57,580 nucleotides of DNA from Vicinamibacteria bacterium (GCA_022821235.1 JAJEEA010000236.1:1-57580); one strand, 5' to 3'; positions 1 to 9,451 are shown, numbered from the stretch's first letter. The notes: a model not told the origin generated them from the sequence alone. Translations and numbers: made by a program.

Positions 1-2040
1 CGGGTTGACGAACGCGCCGTTGCCTGCCACGTCCCAGACCGCGACCCGGGCCCACGCCCAGCCGGGGGCCTCGGTGGCGAGCCCGAACCCGCCGGCCCCG
101 AACACGCGGGTCCGCGACAACGCGGTGATCTCGCGGTGTACCTGCCCGGCTTCGTCGCCCCAGACGATCTCCGCGAACCGCAGGGGAAACGTCCAGTCCG
201 CCTCGATCCAGACGTCGAGGCGGTCGCCGGTCGAGGCCGAGAAGTCGACCTCGGGCAGCAGCACCTCGCCGGTGGTGGTGAAGAAGTCGCCCCGCGCCAG
301 CGGCTCGACCGCCTCGCCCCAGCGGTCGAACGGGGGCAGCTCGTCGAGGCGCACGTAGTTGATGTTCATGTGCGCGTAGAGCTCGTGGGTGTCGTCGAAC
401 TGGAACACGTCGACCTCGCCGAAGATGCGCTTCCGCAGCCCCTGGGCGCTCAGGTCGTCGAGCAGGTTCAGCGACCGCTCGCCGAGCCGCGGGGACGAGA
501 GGTCGGCGGGCATCGCCTTCCACCCCGCGCCGAGGTACGCGGGGTCGCGAAAGTGCTCGGTGTCGGCGATGCGGTCGGGGTAGCCGGTCGAGCCCTTCGT
601 CCGGGGGTGGGTCTGGTACATGAACCCGCCCTCCCGCCGCACCAGCTCGAGCATCTCGGCCGCGTCGGCGGTGCTGTAGACCTGGCCGTAGCGGGGATGG
701 GTCATCTCGAACGCGCCGCCCTCGGGCCGGTCCATGAACCAGTAGACGGGCCGGGGGAAGATGAGGGCCCAGTGCCCGCCGAGGTGGACGTTGGCCTCCT
801 CGCTGGGAATGAGCAGGAAGTCCGGATCGGACTGGGCGCGCAGCGCGCGGAAGTAGGCGTCGAGCTCGTCGAGCCGCAGGTCGGTGAGGTCGCGCGGATT
901 CCCGTCGCCGTGGAAGTCCATGATGATCGACGCGTCGACCCCCATCGCCTTCAGGACCGGCTTGAACGGCGGCGTCCAGTCGAACCCGTGCTCCAGCGCC
1001 TGCATGGTGTAGGCGAGGTGCCAGTGGGTGCTCAGGGTCTTGTAGCCGTCGAGGGGCCGGAACCGGTCGCGGTTGGTGAACGCGAGGACCTCGTCGAGGG
1101 TCGCCTCGGCTGAGCCGTCGGACAGGAGGAAGAACACCGACATCCGTTGCGTCTCGCCAGGCGGGGCGTTCATCCACGGGTAGAAGCGCCAGTTGGTATC
1201 GCGGATCTGCCGGATTCCCAGCGAGACCCGCCCCCGCCACGCGCGGTGCCAGACGTGCCCCAGGTTCGACGTGAAGTCGCGGGGGAAGAAGTACTGGTGC
1301 GGCGCGGGGAAGACCGCGACGCTGCCGCCGGCGGTGGTCGCCGCGAGGGTCCGGTAGCGCACCTTCACCGGCTTGCGCTCCGGGTCGAAGCCGGTCGCGA
1401 CGTCGTGGCGCAGGTCGCCGGCGGTGTCGTACCAGCTCACCCGGGTCTGCATGTTGCCGCCCGGCGTGCGGTCGGCGTCGGCGGCCATCTCCCAGCCGCC
1501 GTCGTAGTAGTAGGCGACGTCGGCCGCGTCCGTGGTGGCCACCGCTTCCTGCTGGATCAGGCGGCTGCCGGGGTAGATGGTGTAGACGACGGCCCCCTCG
1601 AACACCCCCATGCGCAGCCCGTCGAAGGTCAGCTCGACCCGCTCCCCCACGGTGCGGACGGTCGCCTTCGTCGGGCTGAACACCCCCTGCGCATGCCGGG
1701 TGCCGTCGGGATGGCTGGGCGGGAAGTCGAAGAAGGCGTTCCAGCCGCGCCGCCGCGTGCCGGTCTCGACCTGGTAGAACGGCCGCACCCCGGACACCAC
1801 GGCGGCGCCGTCCACCGCAATCGACTCGATGAGCGGCCGGTCGGGGTCGAGCGAGAACGTCGCCCGCCAGTCCCGGTCGGCCGCGTCCGGCCACTCCACC
1901 GTCACGCCGTCCTCGGCCGCGGTCACCTCCACGGGACCGGGCCGCAGGTCGCTAACGTCCAAGGGTACACCCTGGCCGAGCGCCGACTCGCCGGCCAGGG
2001 CCGCCACGAGACCGAAACAGACGATAGACGTCCTTCTCAT
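1..2040 (-). CDS. Secreted hypothetical protein, possible PHP-like metallohydrolase C-terminal domain (3' end runs off the window)
   Basis: Not in the ORF track because it has no stop in the window. Hand translation from ATG 2040 (RBS GAGGA) gives MRRTSIVCFGLVAALAGESALGQ (signal peptide) ... STHWH, MDFHGDG, PSEEANVHLGGHW, YQTHPRTKGS; frame open to base 1. Confidence 0.75.
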   Translation of the reverse strand, partial: MRRTSIVCFGLVAALAGESALGQGVPLDVSDLRPGPVEVTAAEDGVTVEWPDAADRDWRATFSLDPDRPLIESIAVDGAAVVSGVRPFYQVETGTRRRGWNAFFDFPPSHPDGTRHAQGVFSPTKATVRTVGERVELTFDGLRMGVFEGAVVYTIYPGSRLIQQEAVATTDAADVAYYYDGGWEMAADADRTPGGNMQTRVSWYDTAGDLRHDVATGFDPERKPVKVRYRTLAATTAGGSVAVFPAPHQYFFPRDFTSNLGHVWHRAWRGRVSLGIRQIRDTNWRFYPWMNAPPGETQRMSVFFLLSDGSAEATLDEVLAFTNRDRFRPLDGYKTLSTHWHLAYTMQALEHGFDWTPPFKPVLKAMGVDASIIMDFHGDGNPRDLTDLRLDELDAYFRALRAQSDPDFLLIPSEEANVHLGGHWALIFPRPVYWFMDRPEGGAFEMTHPRYGQVYSTADAAEMLELVRREGGFMYQTHPRTKGSTGYPDRIADTEHFRDPAYLGAGWKAMPADLSSPRLGERSLNLLDDLSAQGLRKRIFGEVDVFQFDDTHELYAHMNINYVRLDELPPFDRWGEAVEPLARGDFFTTTGEVLLPEVDFSASTGDRLDVWIEADWTFPLRFAEIVWGDEAGQVHREITALSRTRVFGAGGFGLATEAPGWAWARVAVWDVAGNGAFVNP

Positions 2041-2096
2041 CGGTTTCCTCGACTCAACTGCTCCGGGTACCTTCGAAGCTGCAACCTGAAGCTCAC

Positions 2097-2474
2097 TCAC
2101 GTGCTTGGGGGCGTGGCGAACGGCCCGCCTGAGGGCGGCGGCGACACCGGTGGCGGTTGCCCCAGGCGTGGCGTTCCCAATCCCGCGAAGAGCTGCCGCA
2201 ACGATGCCCGAGACGGGTCGTTCACGTAGTCCCAGAGCTCCTTCGGCAACCATCCCTGGACTGAATCGCCCCTGAGCTCCGTCACCATGAACCACACACC
2301 CGGCAGCCGGTCCCGAAGAACGGCGGCGAGGTCGTTCACATCGAGGCCGGAAACGAGAATGGCCGCATACGGAAACGGGGACACCCAGGTCACGACGGCC
2401 CGGGTATCGTTGAGCACGTGATGCACCTGCTGAGGCGTGCACGCCTGACCATATGCTACGAGATGGGCCTTCAC
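2097..2474 (-). CDS. Small hypothetical protein, Cas2/VapD-like ferredoxin-fold candidate
   Basis: Probable GTG start at 2474 after GGAG; KAHLVAY...W...ILVS...FMVTE...QGWLPKELWDYVN resembles stand-alone Cas2-like proteins; same strand, just downstream of a TA pair. Confidence 0.55.
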   Translation of the reverse strand: MKAHLVAYGQACTPQQVHHVLNDTRAVVTWVSPFPYAAILVSGLDVNDLAAVLRDRLPGVWFMVTELRGDSVQGWLPKELWDYVNDPSRASLRQLFAGLGTPRLGQPPPVSPPPSGGPFATPPST

Positions 2475-2521
2475 GGCAACCGTTCTCCGGGTCCTGACGG
2501 GTCGACGTGCTTCTACGCGCT

Positions 2522-2860
2522 TCAATCGAGTCGAACCAGCGTATCGATCGTGGTCCCGACGGCGTCGGCGATTCGCGACAGCGCGCTCGTCGATCCGGGC
2601 TTCAGGCCACGTTCGATCTCGGAAAGGTAGCCCACAGCGAGCCCTGTCCGAGCCGCCAACTGGCGCAGCGTCAGGCGGCGGTGCCGCCTGTACGCCGCGA
2701 CGGGTCGCTCGCCATCCATGATCGCAAGCGCCACCTCGTGCGGGATCCGGCTGCCGTCATCCGCCATCCGGGCCGCCAGCGTGTCCTCCAGCTCCTCGGT
2801 ACGGGCAATCAGCGCGTCGTATTCCGACCGCGTCAGCGTGACCGAGTCGGTCTCAGTCAT
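2522..2860 (-). CDS. XRE-family HTH antitoxin (HigA-like)
   Basis: C-terminal HTH (YRRHRRLTLRQLAARTGLAVGYLSEIERGLKPGS); overlaps the upstream toxin gene. Confidence 0.85.
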   Translation of the reverse strand: MTETDSVTLTRSEYDALIARTEELEDTLAARMADDGSRIPHEVALAIMDGERPVAAYRRHRRLTLRQLAARTGLAVGYLSEIERGLKPGSTSALSRIADAVGTTIDTLVRLD

Positions 2861-3131
2861 AGGCTTCTCTGCGGTGCCGCACTCTCGTCACGACCATGAC
2901 CACCGTCGTGCCGCGTTCCGTCGTGAACAGAACCCGATAGTCGCCCACCCTCAACCGCAGATAGGTGCCGCCAGCGAGTTGGATCACCTGGTTGGCAAGC
3001 GATTTCGGATCTTCCGCGTACCGCTCGACCTTGGCCACTATCCGCCTGCGTTCCGAGCCGGCGAGGCGGCGCATGTCCCTGACCGCCCTGGTCGTCCACC
3101 GGATTCTCAACGGCTGGGCTTCTGCGGCCAT
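2853..3131 (-). CDS. RelE/ParE-family toxin
   Basis: 92 aa; IRWTTRAVRDMRRL...YLRLRVGDYRVLF...RVRHRREAYD, typical RelE signature. Confidence 0.9.
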   Translation of the reverse strand: MAAEAQPLRIRWTTRAVRDMRRLAGSERRRIVAKVERYAEDPKSLANQVIQLAGGTYLRLRVGDYRVLFTTERGTTVVMVVTRVRHRREAYD

Positions 3132-3159
3132 GATGTTCTCATACAGAGAACATCATGGC
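3127..3159. promoter_or_regulatory. Perfect 14-bp inverted repeat, probable autoregulatory operator of the relE-xre operon
   Basis: GCCATGATGTTCTC-ATACA-GAGAACATCATGGC overlapping the toxin start codon. Confidence 0.7.
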
Positions 3160-3240
3160 AAAACGCCTGCCGGACGAAGCTGGAAGCCCCGTGGCGGGAC
3201 CCCGCTGCACTCGAAGCAGCCCACCGCCCCGGGCCGCCGG

Positions 3241-4224
3241 TCAGAACACCGCGATCACGTTCAGCGGCGAGCCGGTGCCGCCGGTCACCGGGATCGGCCC
3301 GGCCGCGATGAGGAACTCCCACCGGCCCTCCTCCGCCGCCACCTCGGCCAGCGCCTCGAGGTCCATGTTGTCGAAGATGTTGGTCCCCAGGCCCGCGATG
3401 AGCAGGATGTGCAGCGGCAGCCCGACCCCGTCGACCCTCGACGGCTGCACGTCGGTGGCGGCGTCGCTGCCGAACAGGGCCACGTCCTCGCCGCGGATCC
3501 AGCGGATGACCGAGGCGTGGATGCCGGCCGAGTTGCCCGAGAGCTGCCACGGCCCCATCTCGGCGCGGCGCGCCCAGCGGCCGGTCCGCAGGAAGACGGC
3601 GTCGCCCGGCTGCATGGTCACCCCCGCCTGCTCCAGCCACGCCTCGATGTCCTCGGTGTAGACGGGCGTCCCCGGTTCCAGATAGTCGACCCCCTTCAGG
3701 CGGGGGATGTCGAGGAGCACGCCGCGGGTGACGATGCCGTCCTTCAGGTTGTCGATGCCGAGCTTGACGCAGCCCTCCTCGGCCGAGCTCGTGTCGGCGG
3801 GCAGGCCGTTGTACATCATGCCCTTGTGCAGGAAGTGGCACAGGGCGGCTCTGTGGCTGACGCCGTAGCCGTGGTAGGAGAACTCGATGGTGTCGGACCG
3901 CAGCGTCTCCGACATGGTGTGGTTGAACGCCGAGTCGGGGTTGTCGGGGTGCACGCCGGGCATCGGGTTGTGCGACAGCGACACCGTCCGGCCCCGCGTG
4001 GCGAGCGCGAGGGCCTCCCGCCGCTTCTCCTCGGTGATCAGGTTGGCCGTGCCCAGCTCGTCGTCGGCGCCCCAGCGGCCCCAGTTCTTGACCTCCTCGA
4101 ACAGCGCGTCGAACTCGGCCTCGTCGTGCGGACCCGGCCCGTCCTGGGCCACGGCCGGCGCCGCCGCCAGGGCCGCGAGCATCGTTGCCGCCGCGAACCA
4201 TCCGCCCCTGCTTCTGCTTCGCAT
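3241..4224 (-). CDS. Secreted cyclase-family (kynurenine formamidase-like) protein
   Basis: ATG 4224 with GAGGAG RBS; signal peptide; NWGRWGADDELGTANLI, RGVLLDIP, GDAVFLRTG, GGTGSPLN motifs. Confidence 0.85.
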   Translation of the reverse strand: MRSRSRGGWFAAATMLAALAAAPAVAQDGPGPHDEAEFDALFEEVKNWGRWGADDELGTANLITEEKRREALALATRGRTVSLSHNPMPGVHPDNPDSAFNHTMSETLRSDTIEFSYHGYGVSHRAALCHFLHKGMMYNGLPADTSSAEEGCVKLGIDNLKDGIVTRGVLLDIPRLKGVDYLEPGTPVYTEDIEAWLEQAGVTMQPGDAVFLRTGRWARRAEMGPWQLSGNSAGIHASVIRWIRGEDVALFGSDAATDVQPSRVDGVGLPLHILLIAGLGTNIFDNMDLEALAEVAAEEGRWEFLIAAGPIPVTGGTGSPLNVIAVF

Positions 4225-4492
4225 CTGCTTCGTCTCCTCTCCTCCCCCCGGAACCGTCCACGGCGTGCCACCCGGCCCACCGTCCAACCGCCCGCGGCCC
4301 TCCCGGCCAAGCGAAGGGCGCTGCACCCGCGTTCGCTGCCGGCTCCCGCGGCGCAACCGCGACGCGTCGGCGCGCGAAGCCGGCCCCGGGCGACGGGCGC
4401 GTTGCACCCGCCGCTCCGCCCGCCGGACACGTCCTCTTGCTGCGTCCTTCCCCCCCGGGACGGCACGTCGCGGGGGAGGGGGCACGTTCAGT

Positions 4493-5248
4493 CTATCGCG
4501 GCTTCCTTCCCGCGTCCCGGGCGCCGTCGGCCGCGCGGTCGCACGCGCTGAACAGCGTCTCCTCCCGCGCGACGATCACCGCGTCCTCCCGCGACAGCGC
4601 CGCCAGGGCCCCCGCGAGCACGTCCGGATCGGCCTCGACGGTGCCGGTCCGCGGCCTTGCGAGGAACTCGCGCCAATCGTCCTCGGTGCGGTAATGGAAC
4701 TCCAGCACCGTCGTCAGCTCGGCCCGCGCCGTGAACAGGCCGGCCCGGATCGCCGCGGCGAGCGCCTGCCGGGACGACCGCATGTCCCGTTGCCCGTCGT
4801 CGGTGACGTGCACGACGCCCACGGGCTCGGTGCGGCCGGCCCGGCGGACATGGAAGGGCGTCGGCCGGCCGACGGGCTGCAGGCTGACCAGGCGACCGCG
4901 GAGGCGCAGCCAGCCGGCCACCTTGCGCAGAGCGTCACCGACGCTCTCGGGGGGCAGTCATCACATCGAACGCGAGAAGACGACCAGATCGAAGCTGGCC
5001 GGCGGCAGCGCGAGCTCGAGGACGTCCGCCGCCCGGAAGCGGCAGGTGCCGCTGGTCCCGCCGGCACAGGCCTGTGAGATAGCGGCCTCGTCGGGGTCCA
5101 CGCCCAGCACGGTCGCGCCCCGCCCCGCGAGGCGGCGGGATGTGCGCCCCTCGCCACAGCCGACGTCGAGCACGTCCTTGCCCGCCAGATCCGTGAATCG
5201 CTCGATCAGCTCCAGCTCACGCCCTTGCGGGTCCACCGTTCGCGCCAT
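4493..5248 (-). CDS. Class I SAM-dependent methyltransferase with tandem in-frame UGA-UGA (putative Sec-Sec)
   Basis: ATG 5248 with GGAGG RBS; motif I VLDVGCGEG; FDLVVFSRSM-TGA-TGA-LPPESVGDALRKVAGWLRLRGRLV continues in frame to the stop at 4493; SECIS-like hairpin follows the TGAs. Confidence 0.75.
4929..4947 (-). promoter_or_regulatory. Putative bacterial SECIS element
   Basis: On the coding strand AGAGCGTC-GGT-GACGCTCT: perfect 8-bp stem, G-initiated GGU loop 18 nt after the second UGA. Confidence 0.7.
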
Positions 5249-5474
5249 GTCATCCTCCAACCGAACCGGACCCGGCGCCCGCCCTGGAGAGCCCGTGGCG
5301 AGAGGCCCGAGCATCCAACCGGCGACGCGACCCGCGCCCCGCCGGTGTCGTTGCAGCACGGGTCTGACCGCAGGGTTCTCGGACGTCACCCCACGGCGGG
5401 CCGCGCCCCATCCCGCGCCGCCCGGGGCAGCCGCGCGGCTACAATCGCCCTCTGACCGTGGAGGGAGGACCCAC

Positions 5475-6002
5475 ATGAGAGAGACCTTCGACACCCTATT
5501 GAAACAGTACGAGGATGGCAAGCTGACGCGGCGGCAGGTGCTGGGCGCCTTCGCCGCCATGGCCCTGCCGGCGGGCGCCCGCGCCCAGGCGGGCCGCGTC
5601 CGGGCCCGCACGCTGCACCACGTCAACGTCGGGGTCGCCGACCTCGACCGGTCGGAGGCGTTCTACCGCGACCTGCTCGGGCTGCCGGCCCGGCGCTACA
5701 TCGTCGGCGACGCCTACGCGCTCGACTTCCCCGACGGCGGCCTCATCAGCCTGTGCCCGGTCGAGGGGGGCAACTGCAGCCTGACCGCGGGCAGCGCGGT
5801 CGCGGGCGAGATCGATCACTTCGGAGTCGGGATCGAGAACTTCGACGGCGACCGGGTGGCCAGGGAGCTCGAGGACGCCGGCTTCGAAGACGTGCGGGGC
5901 GGCGGGGGCAGCGTGCTGGTGCCCGACCCGGACGGCCTCGTGGTGCAGCTCTCGGCCGTGACCGAGCGCTTCGAGGGGACCCCGCCCGATCGGGGATGCT
6001 GA
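5475..6002 (+). CDS. VOC/glyoxalase-family protein with Tat-like leader
   Basis: ATG 5475 with GGAGG RBS; LTRRQVL leader; LHHVNVGVADLDRSEAFYRDLLG, IDHFG, DPDG motifs. Confidence 0.85.
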   Translation: MRETFDTLLKQYEDGKLTRRQVLGAFAAMALPAGARAQAGRVRARTLHHVNVGVADLDRSEAFYRDLLGLPARRYIVGDAYALDFPDGGLISLCPVEGGNCSLTAGSAVAGEIDHFGVGIENFDGDRVARELEDAGFEDVRGGGGSVLVPDPDGLVVQLSAVTERFEGTPPDRGC

Positions 6003-6245
6003 TCTCGCGAGGAACGGCTCCGGACCCTCCCCCGGCATCGGAGGAGGGCCCGGGTGACCGTCGGCCGCGCGTGGGGTGCGCGATGCCGAAGCATGGGCCG
6101 CGCCCGGGCGCAGTCGGCAACGCGCGGGGGCCGGTTCGGGACCGCGGCTTTGACGCCTGCCGCGGCCCGGCTCGCCGGAAGCCGGCGCCCTGCGACTCCC
6201 ATCCCGACCGGCCGGGCGGGAGGGCGCCTCCTGCCGCTCCGGCTC

Positions 6246-7892
6246 CTACTGATCGGTCGCCGCCGCCCGGTACGAGGCGTCGAACAGGTCGAGCTTGGTC
6301 TCGCGGATCTTGCTCGCCGCCGCCGTCCCGAAGGTCGCGAACTCGATGACCGGCTCGCCCTCGCGGTCGTACTTCGGCCACAGCGGCAGGCCGTCGCCGT
6401 TGGGGTCGCCGGTCCTGGCGAAGTTCACCCAGTACTGCGACAGTTGCTCGGACAGCTCGTGGTCGCGCGCGTTCCAGCCGACGCCGACGAGCCCGACGTT
6501 GTCGAACGCGTAAGCGAGGTCTCCGGAGTGGTAGGCGCCGCCGCCGCGCAGCCCGCCCGGAAAGTCGAGCTCGGGCCGATCGGGCAGGTAGAGCCGGAAC
6601 ACCGGCGGGGCGTGGCTGAAGAAGTAGAGGTAGACGTCGTTGGCGTCGGCGTGGGCCCGCGCCCACTCGCGCATCTGCCACGTGAAGCTGCGGTCGGCCT
6701 GAATCGCCTGGCCGGCGGTGCGGGTCGATTCGGCGATCTCGCCGGCGTAGGCCTCGAGCAGGGCGTCGGCCCGGTCGCCGTAGCGGTCGCGGACACCGGC
6801 CTCGAACTCGTCCCGCGGCGGCCCGGCCATGCCCGCGTAGAGGGTCGTCCCCTCGTCGGACAGCGACCCGACGATGACCGGCACGTCGTTCTGGTCGCCG
6901 GCCGCGAAGATCGCGCTCGGCAGGTCGGGCAGCACCCAGCCGTCGACCACCACCCCGGTGCCGCGCCCGGCCTCGAGCACCGCCTCTGGCCCGGCCGCCC
7001 GCAGGGCCGCCGCCGCGTCCGCCCCGTCGCCCTCGACCCCGAGCCGGGCCGCGACGGCCAGACCCGCGTCGTGGCCGGAAACCGCGGTCGCCGGCCCGCC
7101 GGTCGTCGCGAGATGCGCGCGCGGGGCGCCGAAGCAGCCGCCCGAGTGGCCGATGGCCTTGTGGAACAGCCCCTTCGCCAACGGCGACGCCTGGAGCACG
7201 CACACCGACCACGAGCCCGCCGACTGGCCGAAGATGGTGACGTTGCCGGGGTCGCCGCCGAACGCGGCGACGTTGTCGCGCACCCACTCGAGGGTCGCGA
7301 CGTGGTCGAGGATGCCGTAGTTGCCCGACGCCTGCTGCTCGGACTCGGCCGTCAGGGCGGGGTGCGCGAGGAAGCCGAAGGGCCCCAGGCGGTAGTTGGC
7401 GGTCACCATGACCACGCCCTTCTTCGCCATCGCGGTGCCGTCGAAGATCTTCGCGCTGCCGGTACCCGAGCTGTGGCCGCCGCCGTGGAACCACACCATC
7501 ACCGGCCGGCGCTCGCCCACCCGCGCCGCCGTCCACAGGTTCAGGGTCAGGCAGTCCTCGCTGCGCGGCAGCTCGCCCCGCGCGTAGGGCGAGTCGTCGG
7601 CGTTGCGGGCCTGCCAGCACGCGGGCCCGAACTCGGCGGCCGCCCGCGTCCCGTCCCAGGGCTCGACCGCGGCCGGCGGCCGCCAGCGCAGGTCGCCCAC
7701 CGGCGGCTGCGCGAAGGGCACGCCCCGGAAAACCGAGACGCCGGCCTCCGCGTCGGCCCACGCCCCTTCGAGCTCGCCCGACGGCGTCAGCACGACCGGC
7801 CTGCTCTCCGACTGGGCGGCCGCGCCCACCGCGCCCGCCGCCACGAAGAGCGCGGCCAGTCCGAGGACCAAGGCGTTCCGCATCGTTCGCAT
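6246..7892 (-). CDS. Type B carboxylesterase (para-nitrobenzyl esterase-like), secreted
   Basis: FRGVPFAQPPVGDLRWRPP, SEDCLTLN, WFHGGG, GQSAG nucleophile, YHSGDL; signal peptide. Confidence 0.92.
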   Translation of the reverse strand: MRTMRNALVLGLAALFVAAGAVGAAAQSESRPVVLTPSGELEGAWADAEAGVSVFRGVPFAQPPVGDLRWRPPAAVEPWDGTRAAAEFGPACWQARNADDSPYARGELPRSEDCLTLNLWTAARVGERRPVMVWFHGGGHSSGTGSAKIFDGTAMAKKGVVMVTANYRLGPFGFLAHPALTAESEQQASGNYGILDHVATLEWVRDNVAAFGGDPGNVTIFGQSAGSWSVCVLQASPLAKGLFHKAIGHSGGCFGAPRAHLATTGGPATAVSGHDAGLAVAARLGVEGDGADAAAALRAAGPEAVLEAGRGTGVVVDGWVLPDLPSAIFAAGDQNDVPVIVGSLSDEGTTLYAGMAGPPRDEFEAGVRDRYGDRADALLEAYAGEIAESTRTAGQAIQADRSFTWQMREWARAHADANDVYLYFFSHAPPVFRLYLPDRPELDFPGGLRGGGAYHSGDLAYAFDNVGLVGVGWNARDHELSEQLSQYWVNFARTGDPNGDGLPLWPKYDREGEPVIEFATFGTAAASKIRETKLDLFDASYRAAATDQ

Positions 7893-8004
7893 CGCAATCT
7901 CTCCCATCCCGGCAAACGCCGCCCTGCGGCGCAGCCGCCCCAGCCAGAATCCCACCGCCCGCGGGCGGCTCATGCCATCGTCCTCCGTCGCCACCACGAG
8001 CGGC

Positions 8005-8352
8005 TCAAGCGGCCGCCACCCTGAGCAGACCGAAGATGATCGCGGACAACGCGCCGGTAGCGGTGACCATGATGCCCAGCCCCCAACGCAGCAGGCGATT
8101 GAAGTGCCGCTCGAGATCGACCTTCGTGGCGACGTGCTTCATCTCCGCTTCGAATCCCGCCTCCAGGCCGACGAGACGTGCCTCCACCGCCTCGAATCTC
8201 GTCTCCAGTCTGCCGAGACGCGCCTCCACCGCCCCGAATCCGGTCTCCAGGCCGACGAGACGCGCCTCCACGGCCGACAGGCGGTCGCCGGTCCGCGTTC
8301 CGGCCCCCCCGGCGCCCGCCGATACCACCGCGCCTTGCGCTTCCGTACTCAT
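8005..8352 (-). CDS. Coiled-coil protein with C-terminal membrane anchor (DUF1640/CCDC90-like)
   Basis: Three AVEARL 14-aa repeats, then ATKVDLE and a hydrophobic C-terminal helix. Confidence 0.6.
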   Translation of the reverse strand: MSTEAQGAVVSAGAGGAGTRTGDRLSAVEARLVGLETGFGAVEARLGRLETRFEAVEARLVGLEAGFEAEMKHVATKVDLERHFNRLLRWGLGIMVTATGALSAIIFGLLRVAAA

Positions 8353-8678
8353 GATCCGACTCCATCGCCGCCGAGCGGCGCCAGCGGAAGCTGGCGCGCA
8401 CGGATACTACTTCCGTCGAACGCAGGTCCATTCGTTCGACGCCCCTCCGGCAAGTACCCACTGCAATCGCGATGCCGGAGTCCGAGATCTCGACCGCGTC
8501 CCGCCCCCCTCACTCGGACAGACAGACGCTTGACGCGATCCGCACGTTCTCCCCGATTCCCGCAGATAACGCTATTCTACTCAACGGCCCGGGTGACGGT
8601 CATACGCTCTCCCGGCGCCCGGGACAGGGTCAACCACGAGCACGAGTCGCAATCGGTGACGACGACCAGGGAGGCATC

Positions 8679-9167
8679 ATGCGCAGATTCTGCATCACCT
8701 TCGCCGGCGGGCTCACGATCGGGCTGGCCGCGGCAGCGGTCCTCACCGCGCAGATCGACATTCGGCAGCAGGCGCCGCTCGACCGCGCCGTCGACTTCCC
8801 GACGGCCGAGATCGACCAGATCATCGCGGAGATGGACGCGGCGGAGCGGGTGACGACGCGGCTGCTCGAGGGAGGCAGCTACAACGTCAACATCCGGCGC
8901 ATCAGCAACGCCGAGACCGCGTTGATGCACCCCCGCACGACCGACGTCTACGTCGTACGAGAGGGCTCGGGGACCCTCGTGACGGGCGGGCAGATCGTGG
9001 ACGAGCAGGGCGAGCCCGTCGACGGCACGCGGGGCGCGGCCATCCGCGGCGGATCGGAGCGGGTGATCGGGGTCGGCGACGTCATCTACATTCCCGCCGG
9101 GGTGCCCCATGGCATCCGCGACACCGAGGGCATCACCTGGTTCAACATCCGCTTCGATACGCGGTGA
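8679..9167 (+). CDS. Secreted cupin-domain protein
   Basis: GGAGG RBS; signal peptide; MHPRTTDVYVVREGSG...GDVIYIPAGVPH cupin motifs. Confidence 0.85.
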   Translation: MRRFCITFAGGLTIGLAAAAVLTAQIDIRQQAPLDRAVDFPTAEIDQIIAEMDAAERVTTRLLEGGSYNVNIRRISNAETALMHPRTTDVYVVREGSGTLVTGGQIVDEQGEPVDGTRGAAIRGGSERVIGVGDVIYIPAGVPHGIRDTEGITWFNIRFDTR

Positions 9168-9381
9168 CGCGGCGAGTCGCAACGGTGGCCGACGGGAACT
9201 CGCCAGCCTGGCGAAGCGCGGCCCGAGTCTCACCCCCGCAAGACGCGGGGGAGCTGTGCCGAGGCGAATCCTCGCCGGCGTCCCCGACCGGGCCGGCGTT
9301 GCCTCACGACCGCGCTGGCATCGACCTTCCAGACGTCCGCCTCGTCCTGCAGGGCAACGCCTCGCACCGCGGTACATGGAA

Positions 9382-9421
9382 CAGGCCGGCCGGGCGCCCG
9401 CGCGGACGCCCGGCCGGCCTG
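9382..9421. terminator. 15-bp inverted repeat between convergent genes
   Basis: CAGGCCGGCCGGGCG-N10-CGCCCGGCCGGCCTG; no U-tract, so the role is inferred from position only. Confidence 0.5.
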
Positions 9422-9451
9422 CGATAGCCGACGCCGTTGCCAGCCGCGCCG

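Noticed and set aside
2097-2474. CRISPR-Cas locus suggested by the Cas2-like gene
   Set aside because: No repeat-spacer array and no cas1 or other cas genes seen.
5994-6060. VOC gene ends Gly-Cys-TGA with a hairpin downstream, next to the candidate selenoprotein
   Set aside because: The domain is already complete, read-through would run antisense through the esterase gene, and the hairpin fits a terminator between convergent genes.
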